Positions 53,682 through 64,000 of a DNA stretch of 64,000 nt are shown piece after piece. Source of the stretch: Chara braunii (Eukaryota; Plantae; Charophyceae). Positions within the stretch are counted from its first letter, which is position 1; the number at the start of each line of letters is the position of its first letter. The position numbers and the translations under genes are program-made. The stretch covers positions 1,595,868 to 1,659,867 of the forward strand of contig BFEA01000017.1 of NCBI GenBank assembly GCA_003427395.1, given 5' to 3'. The notes under the pieces are model-generated. The model had not been told where the DNA came from, made no database searches, and was given only the letters and a program-made list of their open reading frames with translations.

Positions 53682-53760
53682 AGAGACGGTCGGGAATCAA
53701 ACCCACAGCCTCCTGAATGCCACTTTCGTGCTCTACCAACTGAGCTAGGGCCACGGCCCC
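53682..53760 (-). pseudogene. tRNA-like sequence (Ala-like; pseudogene or SINE head)
   Basis: GGGGCCGT(GGCCCT)AGCTCAGTTGGTAGAGCACGAAAGTGGCATTCAGGAGGCTGTGGGTTTGATTCCCGACCGTCTCT: A box and B box present, anticodon stem disrupted. Confidence 0.7.
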
Positions 53761-54653
53761 CGGCCGCTTTGTCTTTTCTTGCCTATTTCAAACTAAAAGT
53801 TGGACACAGCCACAGTTTCCTCGAAATAGGAAGAAACAAAATGCCGCCTAGAGTTCTCAGACCGGTTGTGCAAGCGTTGTGTTGCCGCTCTGCAGCCAGC
53901 TCATGACTTGAATGTCCGTTCTCCTTTTCACCCCCCACCACGGGGCAGATATGCAAACTCTGAAGTTCTGAGCTGTGTCGCATATTCAAAATAGTTACTT
54001 GCAGTGCAGCACCGAGAAAAGTCTGTTTCAACTTTCAAGTGATAAAAAATGCTCGTCAACACTGACTCCCTGGGGCAACGCATTTCACGGATCCAAAGGA
54101 GTGCACATATTGGGCCATCAAGCCCCATAACTCAACCCAATCCTCATCTTTTTTTGTTTTTTTTCACACACAAATATGCCATACAAAAAGTTGTGTCTAA
54201 GTGTCTGCTGTGTTGCAGTTGCAGTCTATCAGAGAGTTGATGTACTTGTAATCCATTGCCAGAACTCTGGAGGTGTGTCGAAGATGCAAGTGACTTGAGA
54301 GTGTGTACTTTGTCATTTAGAACATCTCAATCCATCAGGGACCGAAGAACAGTAAACCACCAGTTCGCTCAAAGCAGAGTGTTGCTCTTACGGGTTTATG
54401 CGGTTAGAGCATTTCGATTCAGGTCTGAGCTGGCAGCAAAAGCAGCAGGTCACTCTGAAAACGTGCAGTTCCAGGCTCGTGAGCTTGGAAGGTAGCTTCG
54501 TCAACTTAGGCTCGTGGTTTTAAGAGAGGGGGGGGGGAGGGGGGCGGCGGGGGGGAGGGGAGAATAGAAGAACAGGTTTAAACTTTATGTTCTGGATAAA
54601 GAAATGATTGGCAAACGTTCCTTGTCTTTTTTTTAATGTTTTTTTTCTTTTTC

Positions 54654-54759
54654 AATTTGAACCATATCTCTGTTTATTTGTGTCTTCCTTGTACTGTTGT
54701 ATAGGGGCCGTGCTAATCTTATCTTTATCATTCCTCTTTTAATGGATGTCTCAAAGGAT
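54654..54759 (-). pseudogene. U6: Near full-length decayed U6 snRNA copy with an A-rich 3' flank
   Basis: ATCCTTTGAGACATCCATTAAAAGAGGAATGATAAAGATAAGATTAGCACGGCCCCT...AAGGAAGACACAAATAAACAGAGATATGGTTCAAATT aligns end to end with plant U6. The ACAGAGA box is mutated and there is no T-run terminator. Confidence 0.9.
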
Positions 54760-55466
54760 AGTTTCCTCTTTCCTTCCTGTTTTGAAAGGAGCCGTCCTCC
54801 CTCAAGCCTTTGCTGAAAGGGGGGGTTCCTTTCTCAATACCCAAAGGTCGTTCGCCGTACTCTCAAGACATGCTATTTGTACGAAGTAGCTTGGAAGGCG
54901 GAACGGCGCAATTGGATGCAGTGGGAGTGCGTGCGGCTGCGGTGGCAGCGTTTCGGCAGGTCCAAGAGCTTCAGCAGGTTTCGGTGGATTCATCTACGAC
55001 ACAAGGCAGATGGACGATCGTTCATTTCAAGTTTCGTTTTCTCACTTATAGTTGGGTTCCATTGGTTATATGTCAGGTCGTGTTCTCGTTTAAGGCTTGC
55101 AATGTCACGGAGTTTTCTTGTATGAATGGGATTCACAGTTTCTTGATAATTTTAAGCGCTGGGGTATGTCTGCAGTAGTTTAGGGCGACACTCACAGGGT
55201 TGGATGATATGTGAGACCCGGTGAAGAGCAAACTAGAGTTGTATCCATTGGGTGTGTGGTGGGAAAAGCGTCTAGGCAACAAAGGCTCTTTACAGCGTTT
55301 TGGATAGCGAGGTTGAGAGGGTAACCCTATTGTTTAGTCCTCTGTCCCAGCCTTTAGTCATTGATTGATCTTGTAGTTTGATATTCCGTAGGTTTTTGTT
55401 ATCTGGGTTGTTGCAAAGCCCTGAAGCCCGATGGGGGGTGGCGCCATTAGCGGGAGTGGGAGACTC

Positions 55467-58400
55467 TTTTTTTTTTTTTTTTATATATGGAACAGCTCCC
55501 ATCTATTCGTGGGGAGCAGCACGTGCTGGGAACCGGGCCCAGCGTCCCATATAGAAATTTACATAGAATCGAAAATTGAAATACCGGGGCCATTACCCGG
55601 CTTTGGCTCAGAAAAATTGGGGAGCTATTCAGAAATGACTACGACAAACATCAGGGATAAGCAAAATTCAAAAACCGACTCAAAAATAACCCCTCATCAA
55701 TCCTCTTTACCTCACTCCGGCAAGACTTACTGCAGCAGAGCCACCATCTCCGCTGCCACTATACCCTATTTCCATCCTACCAGCTAGCCCCCTCACTAGC
55801 AGGACACGTGATATCCCGCCATCTCTTTCTCCCACTCACCTTTTTTTGAGTTTGGAAATTTGGGGTACCGGGGCCGTCACCCGGCTTCGGCTCAGAAAGT
55901 TAAAGCTACTTTTTTTTTCTGAGAACCGGGCTCAGCGTCCCTCATATGAAAATGAAGATGATCATGATGATGATGATAATGATGTTTATGCTAATGTAGT
56001 AGACTATGCTATATCAGCTATTCTGGCCTCCTAAACCTAGCGTAACTCCTAGCCTTCCTTGAACCAGGACTTTAATAGCTCAGAGACAATCCCAACCAAA
56101 CCAACGTCTCCCATAGCTGATCTCTTCTCGCCACCTAGCAGCCCCCCCCGGTTCACCACTGGATTGCCTTCCTCCCTCGGCAAAACCCCGATCTCTCTAC
56201 AAGACCTCACGCTCCTGCAAATTGCAGGTCACAGGGCAACGCCCCAGCTCCGGCCAACGGATATCAGTCCGGGCTCGACCCTCTCTAAACTCCTCTATCC
56301 CAGATATGTACGTAAGCCAGATGCTACCACAAATCCAGAACACCAAAAAGCTTGATATAGCATAACAAAGATGAGGTATGAGAAATAGACCGCCAAGATC
56401 CTACAAAGCTCAAAAACCCTCGAACTCCCTAACCCACCCTTCCAAAATTCCTCAAAATTGCCTTACTCCCTGCCGAGCTCTTCCAGGCCTCACGCCCCCA
56501 CTTCCTGCTGGGTTACAGGGCAGCACAACTCACCCCAGCTCCGGCCAGCGTCGTCCCTACAGCAAACCTTGGTTGTCCCGTAAGATGCCCATCCCAAAGC
56601 ATCCCCAGATCACTCCACTAGGCCTCACGCTCCTGCTTCAATCAGATTACAGGGCAACACCCCAGCACCGGCCAGCGTCGTTCTGGCATCGAACAACCAC
56701 AGATCACCAAGTATAGCAACATCAGGGTAACCCCGAAGAACTTAAGGTCCCTCTGACATAAAATTTTAGTAAGAACTGCACAAACAACAGAAAACCTGCC
56801 CTCCCCGCAACTATTGAAGAAGACCACAGGTCTCGTATTCAGCCATCAATCCAACACACGGTTGGTCTCATACCCTCCCATGCTGGAGTTACAGGACACT
56901 ACCAAGCCCCGGTACCGACCATCCTAGTGTAGACGGTAAGGAGTGTCTTCCTCCCTCGGCAACTCCTCATAGCCGCATGCCCCTATGGTAACAGGGATAA
57001 ACCCCAGCTACGGCCACGTCGAAAGTGCTGGTTATGTCTTCCTCCCTCGACAAAACTCCCCAAACCTCATGCTCCTCCCAGGTCACAGAGCAGAACGTTC
57101 CAGCACCGGCCTGCGTTGTCCCAGCCCCTTCCTTCTGACCTACTATCAAAACCCACGGCTCCCCCTCCGTTGCCCCCCCTTCCCACCTCTTACCCAGCAG
57201 CCCTCTTGGAGATCTACCCATGGAAAATAAGAACGTAAAAACGAGCCCATCGGCCTATATGAAAGAAGTCTCAGTAAGTAAATCTATCTGAAAAAAGGAG
57301 CTGATTGCACACACCTCCCAAGCCCATCCAACCTTACTCCGGTAAGACTTACTGCAGTGGAGCCACCATCTCCCCTGCTGCTATACCCTATTTCCACCCT
57401 GCAGTTAGCCCCTTCCCGCAGAGCGCGTCCTTTCCCCCCATCATACCATCATAACCCCCGCAACCAGTACCTTCCTTAGATGAAAAGATAGGATGTACAA
57501 CCGTCTGATCTTTTCCAATTAGCATACCCTTCAAATTTGCAATAAGAGCTCAGTTATAGAAGTTAAAATTAGAAAAAAAAAATAGAAAAAAATTACGAAT
57601 CTATCTGGAGCATCTTTTTAAGGTTAAAATCTGAGATGAGATTACGATGAATCTAGGATGAGATCGTGTAAGAGTATCCTGTAAATTGTTCAATATTGAA
57701 ATCACGAATGTCAAAAAACAAGAAAGTAATTTGGATCGTAATTCCGATCATAATAAAAGTCCTTATTGAAGATAGTAACTATATGGCAAGTGGATAATAG
57801 AATTTTCGCCGAAAATCACGGAATTCACAGAAAATCGCCTCAAGCAATCTCAGGCGTATCAAGAAAAAAGACATCTGAATATCCACCAAAAATCAGTCCA
57901 AACCAGTTGATCATCCAACGTCAAAAATAAACAAGAACATACCAGATGATCAACTTGTAAAAGAACAGATCGAAAATCAGTTTAAAAAACCTTAGTAAAC
58001 ATCAAATTACGAGATGCAGGTAGACCTAGAGAAAACCTTCAATCAGAGCGTACGAAATTCCGAAACAGGTTTAATAAGACTTCCAACCCCGACGATATCA
58101 AACACGATGCCCCTTCCAACACACCCCTTCCTCCTCACAACCTCACCTCCCCCTTCATCGGCTCCCTTCTTCATGTCCTCGCAACTCAGCCTCATGCTAG
58201 CTAAACAATCACCACGTCGATAAAAGGTCGAACGATGAAGATTATCGGACCACAGCAAAACTCACCTTCTCCAGTGGATTATGCTGCGTTGTACACTAAA
58301 CTATTGAACCCGCCAATAGTCGCTCACAGGTAGTCACGAAGGTGTGAGGGGCACGCAGGATAGAGCACCTTGATATCCCTCCTTTCAACGTGATGCTCCC

Positions 58401-59159
58401 TCTTACACAACCTTCCTCTTATACTCAACATAAGAGTCGCACCCACCCACCATAGCCCTCCTCCCCATGTGAAATCGCACGAACCAAACGTGAAGATAAA
58501 AATATGGAAAAACACCGCCCAACAACTTCCGGACACGTCCGCCAGATAGGGTATCCCACCCCAGCTAACGATAGAAAAACAACAGAGGAGGATAGTGCGC
58601 AACCATGAAGAAACACTGTGAAGGAGCGATGCATAATCCCTCCTCACCATCGCCTCCCCCTCGCGCCGCTCATCTCCGTAGACGCACCGTTCGTCCCCGT
58701 GTGAACGCGCCGTTTCGAAATCGGTGCACGAAGCTCCGGCCACGCCTAGTCTCGTTATAGCCACCTCGTGCCATGTTGCACCCCTCGCGACATCCCTCCT
58801 CACAGAGGAGGATAGTGCGCAGCCATGAAGAAACACAGTGAAGAAGCGATGCATAATCCCTCCTCACCATCGCCTCCCCCTCGCGCCGCTCATCTCCATA
58901 GACGCACTATTCGTCCCCGTGTGAACGCAACGTTTCGAAACCGGTGCACGAAGCTCCAGCCGCACCTAGTCTCGTTATAGCCACCAAAATCCACACGACC
59001 GTCCTCACCTCGTGCCATGCTGCACCCCTCGCGAAGGAGCGATGCATAATCCCTCCTCACCATCACCTCCCCCTCGCGCCGCTCATCTCCGTAGACACAC
59101 CGTCCGTCCCCGTGTGAACGCGCCACATCATATGCAGACTATCCTGGTACAGAAGCCGC
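55467..59159 (-). mobile_element. Non-autonomous non-LTR retroposon (~3.7 kb) with poly(A) and 18-bp TSD
   Basis: TSD AGCGGGAGTGGGAGACTC at 55449-55466 and 59160-59177; poly(T) at 55467-55482; 3' tail shared with the LINE at 46.9 kb; no recognisable ORF. Confidence 0.82.
58583..59123. repeat. ~220-bp tandem monomers (2.5 copies)
   Basis: CAGAGGAGGATAGTGCGC...GCGATGCATAATCCCTCCTCACCATC...CCCCGTGTGAACGC repeated at ~58583, ~58803 and ~59033 (partial). Confidence 0.93.
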
Positions 59160-60271
59160 AGCGGGAGTGGGAGACTCACTGGTGGCGGTGGGAACGTGTC
59201 CCAGGCGTGAAGGGTAAATAATTGTCCGCCATAGCTTTATCGTTTGCGTTGGTGTTGAGTTTTCATGTATGATTGAGTTTCATAGTTTCTTGTTATTCGT
59301 ATGTGTCAGGTACGTATGTAGTAGTTCAGGGTGATACTCTCAGGGCAGGGATGATATGTGAGACCTGGTAAAGAGCAAACTAGAGTTGTATCCATTGGGT
59401 GCGTGGTGGGAAACCCCCGTCTAGGCAACAAAGGCGCTTTACAGCGTTTGGATAGTGAGGTTGAGAGGGTAACCCTATTATCTAGTCCTTTGTTCCAGCC
59501 CTTAGTTATGGATTGCACTTTTGATTGATATTTCGTAGGTTTTTGGTATTTGGGTTGTTGCGAAGCCCTGAAGCCCGATGGGAGGCAACGCCATTAGCGG
59601 GAATGGGAGACCCACTAGTGGCGGTGGGAACGTGCCCCAGGCGTGAAGGGTTAATAATTGTCCGCCATAGTTTCGCTTTAGCTGGGTTGTGTTCTCATCT
59701 GTCGATTGCTTTGGTGTTGAATTCCCATATACGACCGAGTTTCACAGTTTCTCGTTATTCTTAAGTGTCGGGATACGTTTGCAATAGTTTAGGGTGATAC
59801 TCTCAGGGTAGGGATGATATGAGAGACCCGGTGAAGAGCAAACTAGAGTTGTATCTATTGGGTGCGTGGTAAAAAAAAAAAAAAAAAAAAAACAGTTTCC
59901 TGATTTTCTGAACTTCTCCTGCTCTTTTCTTAAATTCCCCCAGCAATAACGTCCAAGACGAAGGAGGGGGAAATAGTTTGCATCAGTAGGTATCTGGGAC
60001 CTACCACAGGGGGAAAAGGTTTTCCCCTCTTTCAATAACATGCTCAGTCAATCCTCGAGAGTCCATAATAATCAATGTTGGCAGGCGTCTCTCAGATGCT
60101 TTCCTGATATCCTCTTGAATTATTTTGTACATGAGATGGTGCACCCATTTTCCATCAGGTGACACACTCCCCACCAATAGATGGAGCCACTCCCCGGGTG
60201 CTAGCGGTGTCTGCTTTTACCAGCACCACTAGCACCAGAGGGGGGGTGTTTTTTATATATTAAAAAAAAAG

Positions 60272-60641
60272 CTAGGTTGTTGGATCGGACGTCCGGGACC
60301 CCCCTGACCGTCCGGGATGTCCGACCGAACGTCTGGTCGGACGTCTGACCGGACAGGGTATGTCCGACCTAGCGCGCAAAAAAAAAAAGAAAAAAAAAAA
60401 NAACTTTCTCAGAAAAATCTGAAAACAATATATGTTATGTAACATAACAATACAAGCAACGTTTGCCTTGGAGTCATGTTCAAATTCGCATCCAATCATG
60501 AGTTAAAAATCAAAAACCGAAAACAAAATATTTTATTTTTTTTTCAAAAAAAAAAAATTATTTTTCCGGACGACGGGGGTACCGGACGTATGGGGAGACG
60601 GCCGGGGGAGACGGCCGGCCCCCGGACCATTGGTAACCTAG
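60272..60641. mobile_element. hAT-like MITE (~370 bp)
   Basis: Termini CTAGGTT...AACCTAG, flanked by AAAAAAAG on both sides (8 bp, low complexity), with subterminal CGGAC/GTCCG repeats like those of the 42.1-kb element. Confidence 0.65.
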
Positions 60642-61322
60642 AAAAAAAGACAAAATCTTTTACAGAATGAGGGTGGACAGCAGCTTCTAGTTCAATTGGC
60701 TACCATGAGAATTATTGTTGGGAAATGTAGGCGATCCCAACCCTCTGAACCCCTTAGGGGCAAACAATGGGAAAACTTGGGAAAAGTAATAGATGCCCCT
60801 CATCTGAAACCCTTAGACGTTCTTTTGCCCCTAAACTGGGCAGATCGTGTAGTCTGCCCCCAAAAAACACTTGATTTCACTCGTCACCATCCTCTCAAGT
60901 CATGAGGGCCTTTGAAAGATGGCACCCATGTCTCATCGAAAATGCCTCTCCCAGTCCGGGACTAGGGTGGAAGACTTCAAGAAGGTTTATTTATTTTTAT
61001 TTTTTGGGGGGAGGAGAGGGGTGGCAAAAGCGTACAAAAGTTTCGGACGAGGGGCATCTATTACTTTTCCCATTGTTTGTTCATTTTCGTAATTCTCTAT
61101 CTTTCACTCATGATTCGCGCCGCTCGTGATTACAATGATTTTTTAATGTTTCTCCATTATGTTTTAACTTTCAAGTTAAGCTCGCACATTCCAAACACAA
61201 TTCATAATCACCGTACTCATAATTATTGTGGGTGTCTGTATATGGTCATGCTATAGTGTTTGTCTGCCTCCATCCTTTCGTGAGGCGTAAGAGGTCAATG
61301 TTCTGAGGGGTCTACTATTCAC

Positions 61323-64000
61323 GTGGGAGAGAAAAAAGGATACGGTAACCTCGTTAGTATGTGCAGACGACTCTGTACTGGGAGAACGACAGTGGGGAAA
61401 GCCACTACAGCGACATGGAAACCCTGGGAGATGATCAGCGAAATCCCTTACTCACTGCTAGGTCACAAGGACGAAGTTGACAGAATCGTCTTCAGCTTAG
61501 CCGCCTTCATGAGGGAGGAATGGCTGGGCAAGGATGAGGACGAGACGTTGGAAAAGTTGAAGAAGGAAAAGGAGATGAAGGAAGAGAAGAAAAAGGAGAA
61601 GGAAGAGATAGCGAAAAAGACCCCCAACCCCGCCACCTGAGTCAATCAATAGTCCCACATCCGAGCTAACCGTTACAAACAGTAATGGATAAACATCCCA
61701 ACGACCAACTGGATAGTGGGTGCAAACAACAACGCAAAAATATTCAGACCCACCACTGAAGCTGACACTCTCAAGGAAACCAGAAAAGTTGAGAAAACAA
61801 CCCGAACTCACCTGCGTATCATGGAATATCAACGGTCTGGCCGCCATACTAGACAACCCAACGAAATGGAGGAACCTCATTGAAACCATAGGTTGGTTCG
61901 GTCCCAACCCCCCAAACATAACATGCCTCCAAGAAACACACCTAACCAACAACAGCGAACACAACAAACTACAATTAGCCCTCATCATTAAACTAACCTA
62001 CGTCAAAACAGTCATTTGGTCCAAAGCTGCAAACAATGGATCAGCTGGAATTGTCGTCCTCCTACATCAAAAATTTACAGTCAGTGAAGCAGTAAAAATA
62101 CATAATGTCAATCGAGACAATACCTGAGGTAGATGGATCAAACTTGACATCAATTTCAAGGAAGAAGAGATATCTCTCATAGGCATATATGGTCCGAACA
62201 CACCACAAGATAAAAAGTCATTCCTACTTTCAATCGAACAACTCATTCTCACACTAACACCCATTATCATCATGGGAGATTGGAACTCAATTCAGAACCT
62301 CAATCTAGATAACATATCTCACTCCCAAGACCCCACACCCCAAACTAACAGTGTAGAATTAAACGAATTCGTGATTAGGAAAAACCTACTGGACCCATAC
62401 CGCCTCCTCTACCCTGAAATCAAGAGATACTCCTGCATCAGAAAAACCTAACAGGGCAGAACATCCTTCTCCAGGATCGGCTTCCTCCTAGCCTTAGACT
62501 CATTAACAGGAGTCATACAAGATTGTACTATTCACAACAGCCCATGTAAAGGATTAGACCACAAAGTCATAACTCTAGCCATCAGACTCACTAAAGAGGG
62601 ATACATAGGCAAGAGTTTCTACTGCTTCAACAATGCCCTCCTCACCACCAAAGCATTCCAATCATAGCTACAAACTATACTAACCTCACAAACACACTTA
62701 CTACCCAACGAGGACATATTCACCAAGTTCCCACAAATCATTAAAAACATTATCACAAGGACATCACAATTATCCAAAAGACTAGCCTCACAAAGAAAGG
62801 AAAGGTAAGAGACCCTAAGAAATGCAATAGACATAGCATAAATAAACCTACAAAAACTCCACATTCATAATTTTATGCGGAACTATTTGATAAATCTATG
62901 GAAGAATTAGCCGAATGGACTAAACTCAAGCTCAACAGCCTCCAATTAAGGGTCAGGGTGAAAGATTGGGAACTGAACGAAAAAATGTTTAAATTTTTCT
63001 TCCAGAAGATAAAAGTCAACCACAGAAATTCCAAAATAGAATGCCTACACGACGAGAACGGTAACCCAACCACAGAAACCACGAAACTGATCAACATTGC
63101 AGCCACCTTCTGCAAAAAACTCTACACCTCCAAAACACTAGTACGCGGGAACAGCACAATGAATAGGGCAAGATAAAAATTTTGAACCCACCTAGACCAA
63201 TCCCTCTCAAGTGAAACAACCAAATCTTTAGAAGAACCCATATCTTTAGAAGAACTACACAAAGCCCTTATCGACCTCAAACCCAACAAGGCCCCAGGTA
63301 GAGATGGACCATCTAAGGAATTTTGGATCGCACGCTGGCACATCCTAGGACCACTCCTCCTGAAATTCCTCACCAGAGCATGGGAAGAAGAATCAATAGG
63401 CCCAAACCTGAGTACAGGGGTGGTAACACTCCTATACAAAAAGGGCGACAGATAGCACATTAAAAACTACAGACCCATTTTCTCTACTAAATATAGCATA
63501 CAAGATCCTAGCTAAACTCCTAGCCACCAGAATAAACAGAGTCACGGGAGGATGTTTTCACCTAGACCAAACAGGGTTCATACCAGGGAGACTCATTCTA
63601 GATAACGTAATGTCTTTGTGTGAATCGGCACGAATAATCAATAAAAAACGGATCGCAACAGCCATCCTATTTTTCAACTTTGAAAAAAACAACGACCAAG
63701 TAAATTGGGACTTTCTGCAGGCAAGCATGGGGAAATGGGAGTAGGCCCAGTGTTTCGAAAATGGGTGAGAATACTCTACAACGACGCACAAAGGGATTGT
63801 CCAAGTCAACGGTTTCCTTTCGAGCCCTTACCCAATGACAAGGTCAGTGAGATAAGGGGACCCATTGGCAGCACCAATCTTCCTCTTTGTTATGGAGGCC
63901 ATCGCTGCCTTCCCAAGAAATGATAGATCCATCGAGAGGATAGGAAACATCATAAACGAACGAGGTCAATCCCTCCACATCTCTACGACTCTCCTATTCG
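61323..64000 (+). mobile_element. Decayed L1/Tx1-like LINE (end of ORF1 and ORF2), running off the window end
   Basis: K/E-rich ORF fragment at 61323-61640 followed by an EN-RT pseudogene. Confidence 0.9.
61720..64000 (+). pseudogene. LINE ORF2: APE endonuclease plus reverse transcriptase, multiple stops and frameshifts
   Basis: EN: SWNINGL, CLQETHL, IYGPN, IMGDWN, LDHK. RT: KAPGRDG, LYKKGD, NYRPISL, DQTGFIPGRLILDN, FNFEK, VR*GDPL. Confidence 0.95.

Larger units (their letters stand above)
55100..59870. repeat. ~440-bp tandem repeat array (about 2.5 units) split by a 3.7-kb insertion
   Basis: 55155-55466 resembles 59320-59615 and 59783-59870; 59160-59230 resembles 59597-59670. Confidence 0.88.

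Overview
Repeat-dominated eukaryotic scaffold segment with N-gaps, microsatellites and five unremoved Nextera mate-pair junction adapters. The repeat content resembles a streptophyte alga or plant such as Chara, which is inference only. No intact host gene is recognisable. Recognisable content: (1) a decayed chromodomain-bearing Ty3/Gypsy LTR retrotransposon (~26.65-36.3 kb, +) with a 334-bp palindrome between gag and protease; (2) at least four decayed L1/Tx1-like LINE pieces; (3) a 3.7-kb non-coding retroposon with an 18-bp TSD that shares the LINE 3' tail; (4) several MITEs, two with 8-bp TSDs (hAT-like); (5) two U6 snRNA-derived sequences and a tRNA-Ala-like sequence. The most interesting observation is three same-strand copies of a type III hammerhead ribozyme (41268-41323, 43180-43235, 46635-46690, all minus strand). 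They lie in related low-complexity non-coding units that shrink to roughly 1 kb once nested insertions are removed, which makes them a candidate retrozyme-like self-cleaving/circular RNA family. All family assignments come from motifs read by eye; no searches were run.
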